Assembly (NCBI GenBank): GCA_038087875.1
Contig: CM075995.1
Span: 2,296,001-2,360,000 of the forward strand
Length of the DNA stretch: 64,000 nucleotides
DNA from: Malacoraja senta
Taxonomy: Eukaryota
Direction of reading: 5' to 3'
Shown: positions 1 through 11,931 of the stretch, piece by piece
Position numbering within the stretch: position 1 is the stretch's first letter
Layout: the number at the start of each line of letters is the position of its first letter
The notes under the pieces: model-generated
Seen by the model: only the letters and a program-made list of their open reading frames with translations
Database searches by the model: none
Told to the model about the DNA's origin: nothing
Translations under genes and position numbers: made by a program

Positions 1-410
1 TAAACTGAACTGAACTAAACTAAATTGAACTAAAATAAACTAAACTAAACTATTTTGTTTAAACCTATAATTATTATATTTACTGTCTCGTGAGGTCCCA
101 TATGTTACCACTCAGCCTCAAATTAGGGACAACTCACCAATTAACCTCTCGACCTGCATATCTTTGGGACGTGGTAGGAAACTGGACCACCCAGAGAAAA
201 CTCACACAGTCGCCAGGAGAACAAGCAAGCTCCACACAGTCAAAACTGGAGGTCAGGATTATATCCGGGACTCAAGCACCGTGAGGCAATAGGTCTCCTA
301 GCTGAGTCACACTGCAGCCCTGTGAAAGATTTATTCTCTTCGTGGTGTTCCATTTGAAAGTATATTGTGACTGAGATGTATGATTTTTCTTGCTTAATGG
401 TTGCATTATC

Positions 411-670
411 ATAGAAACATAGAAAATAGGTGCAGGAGTAGGCCATTCGGCCCGTCAAGCCAGCACCGTCCTTCAATATGATCATGATCCAAAATCAGTA
501 CCCCGTTCCTGCTTTCTCCCCATATCCCTTGATTCCGTTAGCCCGAAGAGCTATATCTAATTCTCTCTTGAAAACATCCAGTGAATTGGACTCCACTGCC
601 TTCTGTGGCAGGGAGTTCCACAGATTCACAACTCTCTGGGTAAAAAAAGTTTTTCCTCATCTCAGTCCTC
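411..670 (-). mobile_element. CR1 LINE 3' end fragment
   Basis: catagaaacatagaaaataggtgcaggagtaggcc... tail and 3'UTR, the same sequence that follows the CR1 RT C-terminal ORFs at 2750-3765 and 42869-43635. Confidence 0.8.
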
Positions 671-924
671 AATTATCGCTTTACCATCCAAGGACAAATT
701 ATTCCTGTCCCATTGACTCACACATAAGGAAGAGGAGCAGAAGAAGCCATCAAAATGCTCTGTAATTCAATTGGAACGCGTGACATTTCGGGTCGAGACC
801 ACTGTGAAATCTCCTCAAGGTATGCCTACTTTGAAGAGGTTCTCCTCCTCTCTCCGATGAGAGCTCTGGAACATCTCTCTCACTGCTCCCCCTCTGTGAT
901 TCCTCCAGCTCTCCAGAACTACGG

Positions 925-1053
925 TCTGAAATAGGGTCTCAACCCAAAACATCACCTGTTTATTTTCTCCAGAGAATCTGCCTGTCCCGCTGAGTTACTC
1001 CAGCATTTTGTGTCTATGTTCGGTGTAAACCAGCATCTGCAGTTCCTTCCTTC
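925..1053 (+). mobile_element. Penelope 3' hammerhead module, degenerate core
   Basis: tctgaaatagggtctcaacccaaaacatcacc...gctgagttactccagcattttgtgtcta...cagcatctgcagttccttcc; homologous to the PLE 3' end at 10434-10563. Confidence 0.75.
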
Positions 1054-1336
1054 AGTAGCTCATTTCATATACCAGCCACCCTTTTTTTGGAAAAAAGTTG
1101 CCCCTCAGGTTACTTTTATACCTTCCCCCCCCATCATCTTGAACCCATATCCTCTGATTCTCAATTCCCCTACTCCAGGCAAAAGACTCTGTGCATTTAT
1201 CTGATCTATTCCTCTGATCCTATCGGAGCTGTTTCATTATCAGGAAGGAACTGCAGATGCTGGTTTACATCAAAGATAGGCACAAATTGCTCGAGTAACT
1301 CAGCGGGTCAGGCAGATTCTCTGGAGAAAATAAATA

Positions 1337-1370
1337 GGTGACGTTTCTGGTCGAGACCCTTCATCAGACT
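1337..1370 (-). ncRNA. Minimal type I hammerhead ribozyme motif (within PLE module 1243-1372)
   Basis: Reverse complement reads agtCTGATGAagggtctcgaccaGAAAcGTCacc: canonical CUGAUGA, a stem II hairpin, GAAA, palindromic ACGU and a GUC site. Confidence 0.65.
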
Positions 1371-1738
1371 CTCGTCGGAGAGAGGAGGAGAACTTCTTCA
1401 AACTCGGCATACCTTGAGGAGATTTCGCAGCGGAGCAGACATAATGTGTAAGAAGGAAAAGGGTCTTGCGTTTCTCCAGAGATGCTGCCTGACCCGCTGA
1501 GTTACTCCAGCATTTTGTGTCTATGCTCTATTATCCTACGACATATCTGATGGAATGAATGTACAATTACTGTACTAGTTTACTGACAGAACCTGAATTG
1601 GCTTCAACCTCATTCAATCCTTCACTCATCTATTATGGCCTTTAGAACATAGCTAGGTTTTCTCATTCACCATAACAGAATAAATTCCGGACAATATTTC
1701 TTGAAAGACCTGGCACCATGAGGAACTCAAAATATATT

Positions 1739-1960
1739 AGATAGACACAAAATGCTGGAGTAACTCAGCGGGACATGCAGCATCTCTGGAGAGAAGGAAT
1801 GGCTGACGTTTCGGGTCTAAACCCTTCTTCAGACTCTGAAGCAGGGTCTCGACCCCAACGGTCACCCATTCCTTCTCTCCAGAGATGCTGCATGTCCCGC
1901 TGAGTTACTTCAGCATTTTGTGTCTATCTTCGGTTTAGACCAGCATCTGCAGTTCCTTCC
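1739..1960. repeat. Palindrome of two back-to-back PLE hammerhead modules
   Basis: 1739-1834 is approximately the reverse complement of 1835-1929, centred on ttcagactctgaa. Confidence 0.85.
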
Positions 1961-2749
1961 TCCTCATAGGATATTCGATTCTGTGAAGGGTATATCTGCA
2001 TCTATCACCCTCAAGCTTGCCAGCACGGGTCAAGAGCATGCACAATATGATTATTATTTCCCTCAAGTAACATTTGCTACAATCAGAGGTAATGAAACCT
2101 TAAGTGAGTTATAGCCCGTTCAAGAAGGATTGGAAATAAAATTAATTAGCTATTGGGATTCCCAGTCCCTGGTAACTGAACGTACAATATAAAGTCCCAT
2201 TTTAGCCGTAAACCTACGAGACAGATGGGTCCCAAAACTGTACGTAAAAGCTTGATATAGAAATTGGTTGCTTTCATTGCAGAAATGTGCAGAAACAGAG
2301 AGCAATTGCTTACATAGATACATAGATACATAGACCATAGGTGCAGGAGGCCATTCGGCCCTTCGAGCCTGCACCGCCATTCAATATGATCATGGCTGAT
2401 CATCCAACTCAGTATCCCGTACCTGCCTTCTCTCCATACCCCCTCATCCCTTTAGCCACAAGGGCCACATCTAACTCCCTCTTAAATATAGCCAATGAAC
2501 TGGCCTCAACTACCCTCTGTGGCAGAGAGTTCCAGAGATTCACCACTCTCTGTGTGAAAAATCATTTTCTCATCTCTGGAAAACTTGATGTTACTATATA
2601 TTCCGCTTCTGACATTTGTCTCCCTTGCTTTATTTAATCCATGACCTGTGAGATTTTTGTTCCAGATGCAGTTTAATTCAGCTTAGTTTAGTATAGTTTA
2701 GTTCAGTTTATTGCCACGTGTGCCGAGGTACAGTGAAGAGTTTTTGTTG

Positions 2750-3765
2750 CATAGAAAATAGGTGCAGGAGGAGGCCATTCGGCCCTTCGAGCCAGCACCG
2801 CCATTCATTGTGATCATGGCTGATCGTCCCCTATCAATAACCCATGCCTGCCTTCTGCCCATATCCCTTGACTCCACTAGCCCCTAGAGCTCTATCTAAC
2901 TCTCTCTTAAATCCATCCAGTGACTTGGCCTCCACTGCCCTCTGAGGCAGGGAATTCCATAAATTCACAAATTCTCTGGGTGAAAAAGTTGTTTCTCACC
3001 TCAGTCTTAAATGACCTCCCCTTTATTCCAAGACTGTGGCCCCTGGTTCTGGACTCGCCCAACATTGGGAACATTTTTCCTGCATCTAGCTTGTCCAGTC
3101 CTTTATAATTTTATATGTTTCTATAAGATCCCCCCTCATCCTTCTAAACTCCAGTGAATACATGCTAGTCTTTTCAATCTTTCCTCATATGACAATCCCG
3201 CCATCCCAGGGATCAATCTCGTGAACCTACGCTGCATTGCCTCAATCACAAGGATGTCCTTCCTCAAATTAGGAGACCAAAACTGTACACAATACTCCAG
3301 ATGTGGTCTCACCAGAGCCCTATACAACTGCAGAAGAATCTCTTTACTCCTATACTGAAATCCTCTTGTTATGAAGGCCAACATTCCATTAGCTTTCTTC
3401 ACTGCCTGCTGTACCTGCACGCCAACTTTCAGTGACCGGTGTACAAGGACGCCCAGGTCTCGCTGCACCTCGCCCTTACCTAACCTAACCCCATTGAGAT
3501 AATAATCTGCCCCCTTGTTTTTGCCGCCAAAGTGGATAACCTCACATTTATCTATATTATACTGCATCTGCCACGCATCTGCCCACTCACTCAACCTGTC
3601 CAGGTCACCCTGCAACCCCCTAACATCCTCTTCACAGTTCACACTGCCACCCAGCTTTGTGTCATCTGCAAACTTGCCAGTGTTGCTCCTAATTCCCTCT
3701 TCCAAATCATGAATATATATGGTAAACAGTTGTGGCCCCAACACCGAGCCTTGCGGCACTCCACT
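2750..3765 (-). mobile_element. CR1 LINE, 5'-truncated (RT C-terminal half plus 3'UTR)
   Basis: ORF 3136-3759 has PQGSVLGPQLF, KFADDTKL and LYRALVRPHLEYCVQFWSP, typical CR1 ORF2 motifs. Confidence 0.92.
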
Positions 3766-4336
3766 AACTTGCGTGCTAACCAGTCAGCGGATCGAGCAAT
3801 TCGTAGTGTACAGATATACATGATAAGAGAATAACGTTTCATGCAAGGTAAAGCCAGTAAAGTCCGAGCAAAGATAGAACGAGGGTCCCGATGAGGTCGA
3901 TAGTTGCTCAGGACTGCTCTCTAGTTGCCTGATAACTGCTGGGAAGAAACTGTCCCTGATTCCGGAGGTGTGCGTTTTCATACCACTATACCTTTTGCCC
4001 GAAGGGAGAGGGCATGGATATAAAGCATGGGAACGGGCCCTTCGGCCCACAATGTTTGTGCCAAACGTGATGCCAAGTTAAACTGATCTCATCTGCCTGT
4101 ACATGATCCATATCCCTCTATTCCCTGCACTTCTTTGCACTTCCTTGCGCCTATCTAAAAGCCTCTTGAATGCCACCATTGTATCTATGGAGAGAGAGAG
4201 AAGCAAGGGACTGAGCGCACAAATCTTGAGGAGGCAGTAATGTTGCCAATGCAAATTGATTGTGGTCTGCCGATGAGGAAGTTGGGGATCCAGTTGCATA
4301 AGGAGGAGCGGAGGCCTCAGGGAATAACCGACGGGT

Positions 4337-4697
4337 GACAAAAAATGCTGGAGTAACTCAGCGGGACAGGCAGCATCTCTGGAGAGAAGAAATGGGCGAA
4401 GTTTCGGGTCGAGACCTTTCTTCGGACTGATGTCAGGGGAGAGGGAAATACATAGATAAGGAAGTGTTAGGTGTGAAAACAGGACTAAGGGGGATGGAGA
4501 TCATGGAAAATGTAGAACAGATCATTGTCAGCTGGGAGAAGGTAACAACAAAGCAAACAGTCAGACTGATCTGAGAACTGGGAGGGGGAAGGGATGGAGA
4601 GAGGGGAAAGCAAGGGTTACTTGATGTTAGAGAAGTCAATGTTCATACCGCTGGGGTGTAAGCAGCCCAAGCATAATATGAGGTGCTGTTCCTCCAA
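4337..4697 (-). mobile_element. Penelope-like element 3' fragment (ORF C-terminus, 3'UTR, hammerhead module), second subfamily
   Basis: Minus strand encodes LEEQHLILCLGCLHPSGMNIDFSNIK*, matching LEEMHLIFRLGSLHPGGLNIEFSQFC* of ORF 9753-10319, followed by the hammerhead module. Confidence 0.85.
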
Positions 4698-5843
4698 GGG
4701 AATAACGTTTACTGCACGATAACGTCAAGTAAACTCCGATTAAAGATAGTCTGATGTTGTTTAATGAAGCAGGTAGTAGCAGGTAGTACCTTCTCCCAGC
4801 TAGCAATAGACAATAGGTGCAGGAGTAGGCCATTCGGCCCTTCGAGCCAGCACCCCGGTTCAGAACCAGCAGGATTGCACTCGCTAATGGTCTGTTATGG
4901 AGGTAGGCAATTTGAGCGGGTTCAGGTCAAGAACCAGAGGACATAGGTCTAAGGTGCGAGGGGAAGCATTCAATGGAAACTTTGTGGGTTTATGGAACGA
5001 GTTGTCAGAGTTGAAACAGGAACTATAACAAATATTAAAATACATTCGGACAGGTACATGGATAGGAAAGGTTTAGAGGGATATGGGCCAAACATGGGCA
5101 GGTAGGACTACTGTAGATGGGACATCTTTGTCGGCGTGGGGAAAATCGTGCAGAAGAGCCTTTTTCCCAACGATAGACACAAAATGCCGGAGTAACTCAG
5201 CAGGTCAGGAGGCAGCTATGGAGAAAAGGAATAGGTGACATTTCGGGTTGAGACCCTTCTTCAGACACAAGCATCAAGCATCAAGTGGCCTTTTTTTCCA
5301 TACTGTAAGACTCTATGACTGAGACAAAGGTGAATGTGCATCATAACCAATGTCTTAAAGCTCTTCATCACAACGGACGCAAGTTCCACCGGTCGGTAGT
5401 TGTTGAGGCACGTCAATGGATACATTTAAGCCAAGATAGATTCTTGATTAGTACATGTGTCAGAGGTTATGGGGAGAAGGCAGGAGAATTGGGTTAGGAG
5501 GGAGAGATAGATCAGCCGAGATTGAATGGCGGAGTAGACTTGATGGGCCAAACGGCCTAATTCTGCTCCTATCACTTAACACTTATGACTTCCTCTCCTG
5601 GAAGATATCCTCTTAAACCAGGTGGGCTCCTCAGCCCATAGTAGTGAAAGGTTGAAGATGTCCGTGAAAACACCAGCAAGTTGGTCTGCGTAGGTTTTAA
5701 GAATGCGGCCAGCTACACCACCAGGGCCAAACGCTTCCCAGGGGTTCACTCTCATGAAGGGTCGGCCTAGGAGAATGAGGTCCCAATGTCACTGGGGGAC
5801 GTGGGGGCCTGTAAAAATACACCATCCTTCTCCCTTTTGAAGT

Positions 5844-6270
5844 GGCACAGTGGTGCAGCGGTAGAGTTGCTGCCTTACAGCGCCGGAAACACAGGTTCGG
5901 TCATGACTACGGGTGCTGTCTATGCAGAGTTCGTACGTTCTCCCCGTGACCTGCGTGGGTTTTTCTCCGGGTGCTCCAGTTTCCTCCCACACTCCAAAGA
6001 CGTACAAGTTTGTAGGTTAATTGGCTTCGGTAAAATTGTAAAGTGTGTAGTATAGTGCTCGTGTATTTTACACTTGTTTTATTCTATTCTTTTTAATGAC
6101 TGTTTTCAATTACTTTTGATTGCTTTTTAATGCTTTGTGTAAAGCACTTTGAATTGCCTTGTTGCTGAAGTGTGCTATATAAATAAACTTGCTTGCTTGC
6201 TAGTGTTGATCGCCGGTCGGCGTGGACTCGGTGGGCCGAAGGGCCTGTTTCCGCGCTCTTATCTCTAAAG
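5844..6270 (+). mobile_element. tRNA-derived V-SINE (HE1-like) with an L2-type tail inserted at ~6070-6200
   Basis: A-box-like tggtgcagcgg, B-box-like ggttcggtc, V-domain gagttcgtacgttctccccgtg, tail gggccgaagggcctgtttcc. Confidence 0.8.
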
Positions 6271-7150
6271 TCAAAAGTCTCAAGTTGAAGTGTGCATAGA
6301 AACCACTGTACCCGTCCATATGCACATGTGGCTGATGTTCGTACGATGTAAATACATACTATTTTTCTCAGTCTGATAGGTAGGAGTTCAAGGAGTTTCC
6401 TACAGGAACAGAAAAGGTTTGGGTCTCAGCGATACAGAGAGCAGGGGTAGAGCTCGTTTCTGATATTCGGACTGATTTCCTGTCTGTGCCTGACCAATAT
6501 TTCACATATATTATGCGCTGGTCACAGGGTTTTAGATGTGTACATTTGATGCGAGAACCTCTATCTCATGATATGCCATCAATTACTACTCGTAATCAAT
6601 TACCCTCCTTAATTCACTTCAGTGGTGCTTCCAGTAAATAGCTTGTACTCTAGAACTGAATTTCTCAGACTACATCTCAGCAACCAACCCATTTCCTTGA
6701 AAAGAATCATATGAAAGATTTTGGCATCGCTGGTGTGAACTTATATTCCAGTTAATAAAAAGCTGGAATCGTTTCCACCTCAGCTTTCCCATGAAGTTTT
6801 TCCAAGCTTACTGTCTGTAAAAAGCTTTGTAAATGGAATGCGTTCAGTGTCCATATCCACACATGTTATCACCCTCCCTGCAGCTCTGGAAAGAGAACGT
6901 TCACCAGGCAAGTTATTCCATTGCTTTTGGGAGATAAGATAAAATATATTCAGCTTTGTCAGAATTAAGTGGAATTCTAGATCTGTGATTAGATTCAAAC
7001 AGCACAGAAACTGGTACTTCGGCCCAACCTGGACATGCCGACCAAGATGCCCCATCTACACTAGTCCCACCTGCCCGCATTTGGCCCATATCCTTCCAAA
7101 TCGTTCCTGTCCATGTACCTATCTACCTCTTTGGTGACCCTCGGACTATC

Positions 7151-7241
7151 TGAAGAAGGGTCTCGACCCGATACGTCACCCATTCCTTCTCTCCAGAGAT
7201 GCTGCCTGTCGCGCTGAGTTACTCCGGCTTTCTGTGTCTAT
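7151..7241 (+). mobile_element. TSD-flanked ~91-bp hammerhead mini-element inside a Rex1-type tail
   Basis: 12-bp direct repeat cctcggactatc at 7139-7150 and 7242-7253 flanks (c)tgaagaagggtctcgacccgatacgtcacc...tgtgtctat. Confidence 0.8.
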
Positions 7242-8862
7242 CCTCGGACTATCCTTGATCGGACTTTGCTGGCTTTACGTTGCACTAAACATTATTTCCT
7301 TATCATGTATCTATACACTGTAAATGGCTCGATTGCAAACATGAAAGTACACAGCAAAACCTTTTCAATGTACCTCGGTACACGTGACAATAGAATGAAC
7401 TGTAAACAGTAAACGGCAAACTAAACTGTAAACTAAACTGTAAACTATACCGTCCGACATCGCCGTCGCACTGGGCCCACCGAACATCACAGCCGCACCC
7501 GGTCCTCCCAACATCGCCGCCGCACTGGGCCCATCCAGCATCGCCGCCGGACCAGGCCTACTCTACACGACCGCCGGACCGGGGCTCCCCGAACATGGCC
7601 GCCGCACCGCACCCTATTCACCCCATCGCCTCACCGGGCTGGTCGAACCGCGCCGCCCCACCGACCATCCACCTACCGGGAACTTCCACGCATCGCCCGT
7701 GGACCCCGACCATCGGGTCCGCCGACCCTCGCCACTGCAACGCCCCCCAGCCCCCCCGACTCCACTGCCCGAGGACTCCTACCGTCAGGTCCGCCGACCC
7801 TCGCCACTGCACCTCCCTCCAGCAGCCCGCAGCCGTCGCCTCACCTGCAGACTGGTCTCTGTACTGGGCTTGAAGCCTCCACGCTGCTCACTCCCACTCT
7901 CCTGGGTTTGACTCCACTGGGTCCTAGCGCTAGTCTGCCTAGATCGGATTACCTCCGTGTTAGTTCCACTGATTCTTCCCCATCCTTCTACAACTATGGG
8001 ACCCCTTCTCTTCCACACCCACACTACAGCCCTCTCACCCCCCCACCCCCTGAACACCCACCACCCCCCACCACCACATCGGCCTCGTCCCCATTCCACC
8101 CACCTGCCATCCTCCAGCCCCAACCCCCATCCCTGCCGGGTGTTCACCATCCCCCCGACCTCCCCCTCTCCGACATCGAACGGTCTGTCCTCAGCAGAGG
8201 TCTTACCTTTGTCCCCTCCGTCCCCACCTCAATGAGTTCCGTGCCCTCCATGACTTGGAACGCTTCTACCGTCGCCTCCGCCTCACAGCTCACTTCCATG
8301 GGAAGGAGTCCTCGCTCCCCACTGATGACCCCTTTTCCCGTCTCCCACGCACCCCCTCCTCATGGAACCCCCCTCGTAGCCTTCCGGCTTTAGAGCTCTT
8401 CATTCAAAACTGCCGCCGTGACATCAACCGCCTCAACTTCTCCACTCCCCTGTCTCACTCCAATCTCTCCCCCCCTGAACGCACTGCCATCGACTCACTC
8501 CGCAACAACCTAGATTGGGTTATCAAACCCGCCGACAAGGGAGGTGCCGTGGTAGTCTGGCGCGTCGATCTCTACAAAGCTGAGGCCACGCGCCAACTCT
8601 CGGACACCTCCTCCTACTTACCCCTGGACCATGACCTCACTGACGAGCACCAGGCCACCATCTCCAGCACCATCACCGACTTCATCCACTCCACGCCCTG
8701 CCCGACCGAGCCTCCAACCTCATCGTTCCCCAGCCCCGCACAGCCCGCTTTTACCTTCTCCCCAAAATCCACAAACTTGACTGTCCCGGTAGACCCATTG
8801 TCTCTGCCTGTTCGTGCCCCACCGAACTCATCTCCACCTACCTCGACTCCATCCTATCCCCC

Positions 8863-9714
8863 TTGGTTAAATCCCTCACCACCTATGTTCAAGACACCTC
8901 AGACACTCTCCGTCGTCTCCGCGCATTCCACTCTCTAGGCCCTCACCCCCTCATCTTCACCATGGACGTCCAGTCATTGTACACCTCCATCCCCCACCAG
9001 GATAGTCTCGAAGCCCTCCATTTTTTTCTCGACCGTAGAAGCAACCTATACCCGGCCACTGACACCCTCCTCCGCCTAGCGGAGCTGGTCCTTACACTTA
9101 ATAACTTTTCATTTGATTCCTCCCATTTCCTCCAAATACAAGGCGTAGCTATGGGCACACGCATGGGCCCCAGCTACGCATGCCTCTTTGTCGGGTACGT
9201 AGAACAATCCTTGTTCAATGCGTACCAGGGCCCCATCCCCGACCTCTACCTCCGCTACATCGATGATTGTTTTGGTGCCACATCCTGCACCCACACACAA
9301 CTGACTGACTTCATCCGCTTCACCACCAACTTCCATCCGGCACTCAAGTACACCTGGACCATTTCCGACACTTCCCTACCATTCCTTGACCTCACTATCT
9401 CCATCGAAGGTGATAGACTCCTTACCGACATCCACTACAAACCCACCGACTCCCATGGCTATCTGGACTACACTTCTTCCCACCCTGCTTCCTGTAAGGA
9501 CTCCATCCCCCACTCCCAATTCCCCTGTCTACGCCGCATCTGCTCCCAGGATGAGGCGTTCCACACCAGGGCATCTGAAATGTCCTCATTCTTCAGGGAA
9601 CGGGGGTTCCCCTCCTCCACCATAGATGAGGCTCGCACCAGGGTCTCTGCCATACCCCGCAACACTGCTCTCTCTCCCCATCCTCCCACTCACAACAAGG
9701 GCAGAGTCCCCTAG
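8863..9714 (+). pseudogene. PLE reverse transcriptase domain (ORF fragment)
   Basis: FTMDVQSLYTSI, QIQGVAMGTRMGPSYA, LRYIDD and LPFLDL; frameshifts on both sides. Confidence 0.9.
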
Positions 9715-9752
9715 TCCTCACCTTTCACCCCACCAGCCGTCACATACAACAA

Positions 9753-10319
9753 GTGATCCTCCGTCAGTTTCGCCACCTCCAACGTGACCCCACCACTCGC
9801 CACATCTTCCCATCTCCCCCCATGTCTGCCTTCTGCAAAGACCGCTCCCTCCGTAACTCCCTTGTCAATTCTTCCCTTCCCTCCCACACCACCCCCTCCC
9901 CTGGTACTTTCCCTTGCAACCGCAAGAGATGCAACACTTGTCCCTTCACCTCCCCCCTCGACTCCATTCAAGGACCCAAGCAGTCGTTCCAGGTGCGACA
10001 GAGGTTCACCTGCATCTCCTCCAACCTCATCTATTGCATCCGCTGCTCTAGATGCCAGCTGATCTACATCGGTGAGACCAAGCGGAGGCTTGGCGATCGT
10101 TTCGCCGAACACCTCCGGTCGGTCCGCAAAAACCAACTTGACCTCCCGGTGGCTCAGCACTTCAACTCCCCCTCCCATTCCATATCTGACCTCTCTCTCC
10201 TGGGTCTCCTCCATGGCCACAGCGAGCAACACCGTAAATTGGAGGAAATGCACCTCATATTCCGCTTGGGCAGTCTACATCCTGGGGGCTTGAACATTGA
10301 ATTCTCCCAATTCTGTTAG
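9753..10319 (+). pseudogene. PLE Cys linker plus GIY-YIG endonuclease (ORF fragment)
   Basis: CNRKRCNTC; NLIYCIRCSRC..IYIGETKRRLGDRFAEH; VAQHFN; terminal PGGLN. Confidence 0.9.
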
Positions 10320-10433
10320 CCCTTGCTGTCCCCTCCCCTTCATCAGCCCTCTGGTTGTCTCCTCCCCTCCCCCAGCCCTCAGGCTCCTCCTCCGCCTTTT
10401 TCCTTTTTTCCTTTCTTCTCCCCACCCCCTATC

Positions 10434-10467
10434 AGTCTGAAGAAGGGTTTCGGCCCGAAATGTTACC
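10434..10467 (+). ncRNA. Hammerhead ribozyme motif in the PLE 3' terminal region (slightly decayed)
   Basis: agtCTGAAGAa-gggt-ttcg-gccc-GAAAtGTTacc; stem II is capped by a UUCG loop. Confidence 0.6.
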
Positions 10468-10602
10468 TATTTCCTTCGCTCCATAGATGCTGCTGCACCC
10501 GCTGAGTTTCTCCAGCATTTTTGTGTACCTTCAATTTCCAGCATCTGCAGTTCCTTCTTAAACACTGTAAACTATACCTGTCCGAATGTGTTTTAAATGT
10601 TA

Positions 10603-11931
10603 CTAGACCAAGTGCAGACCCGTTGGGTCTGTTCCCCCCACGTGCGGTTGACGGGGGGGGGGGGGGCATGCGGCGTCACACACATTAACCACCCCCCACA
10701 CACACTAACTACCCCCCCTGCAAGGGGGGAGGGGGGAGAGGGAGGGGAGGGGGAGGGGGGAGAGGGAGGGGGAGGGGGGAGAGGGAGAGGGAGGGGAGGG
10801 GGAGGGGGGGTGGAGGGAGAGGAGAAAGGGAGGGGAGAGAGGGAGGGAGAGAGGGAGGGGACAGGGAGGGGGGTCAGAGAGGAGGGGGGTCAGAGAGGAT
10901 GGGGGTCAGAGAGGGGGGAACAGGGCGGGAGGACAGGGAGGGGGGGAACAGGGAGGAGGGGAACGGCCTCGCGGGGCCCGGTCCTACTTCGATCGCCGGA
11001 GGTATGGAGTTGTGCGGGGCTGGTCCCGACACCGTGCGGGGCTCCAAAAATCTTGCAATGTCCGAAAATCCCGCTCGCCAACAGCCTGTCGGCCTGCAGG
11101 CGCATTGAGGGCATACGCAGCGTCTCAACGTCGTACGCAGCGTCTTGATGTTGTACATAGCATCTTGACGGCGTACGCCTAGCACGTGGCATTGCACGAT
11201 GACCGTCACCGCCCGTAGTGCTGTTGCGTGATGATGTCACCGCCCGACGCCGTGCGACATCAAAATTCAGTCGGCCCGCCTCCTGCCCAGCTGATTGGTG
11301 AGTATGATGTCGGGCCAGCCCCGCACAACTCCATACGCCTCCGCGATTCGAATTGGGACCCGGCCCCCCGCGTGGCCGTACGCCTCAAGCGACCACGTTT
11401 GGTCGCGCTAGACGCATGCAATCGCATGCTGGTGGGACAATCATAACTGCCGCCGCCATGGTCAAGCCGGTGACCGGCTGTGACCTCCGGTGACCTCCCG
11501 ATCGGCAGAACATTTTGAGCAGGGGGGGTGGGTTGGAGTGAGCGGGCGGCGGGCGGGCTGTGGGAGCTGCGAGTGGCATGGCGCGAGCGTACATGGAGAG
11601 GGGGGGAGGGGCGGAGAGCCGGGCTGCCAAATGAAGAGAAAGAGAGAAACGGCTTGGATTGGTCGGCATGTAGGCATTGTGAATTCAGCAGCTGGTAAGA
11701 GCCGTTTAGATGTTAAAATTTTGTTTGAGTTTTGTGATCAATTTACTCAAAATCTGGGGAAATAATTGACCAAGGAGTGGATGTGTGAATGTAAAAGTAA
11801 AATCGCTAGCGAAATGGTAAAAATCTCGGCGTTTTTGCGTCTGGTTTTCGCAGAGTAACGAATCAAAGGCAAAAATCAAAGGCAAAAAAAACGCAAAATT
11901 GACATACACACACACAGAGTTTTAAAGTATA
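10603..11931 (-). mobile_element. Non-autonomous Helitron family 1, unit C (3'-most)
   Basis: Minus strand ends CAGACCC-aac-GGGTCTG-cacttggt-CTAG|T (hairpin 10615-10631, CTAG 10603-10606); 5' end reads TATACTTTAAAACTC. Confidence 0.8.
10970..11440. mobile_element. GC-rich MITE-like insert with ~60-bp inverted repeats (probable PIF/Harbinger relative)
   Basis: cgcggggcccggtcc...gtatggagttgtgcggggctgg (10970-11030) is inverted at ~11309-11372; the right end gtgggaca resembles the Harbinger TIRs seen elsewhere in the window. Confidence 0.5.

Larger units (their letters stand above)
7452..10563 (+). mobile_element. Penelope-like retroelement (Neptune-like), 5'-truncated and frameshifted
   Basis: PLE motifs IKPADKG, LPKIHK/GRPIVS (shifted frame), QGVAMG, LRYIDD and YKPT, Cys linker CNRKRCNTC, GIY-YIG domain LIYCIRC...IYIGET; 15-bp TSD actgtaaactatacc at 7437-7451 and 10564-10578. 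Confidence 0.93.
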
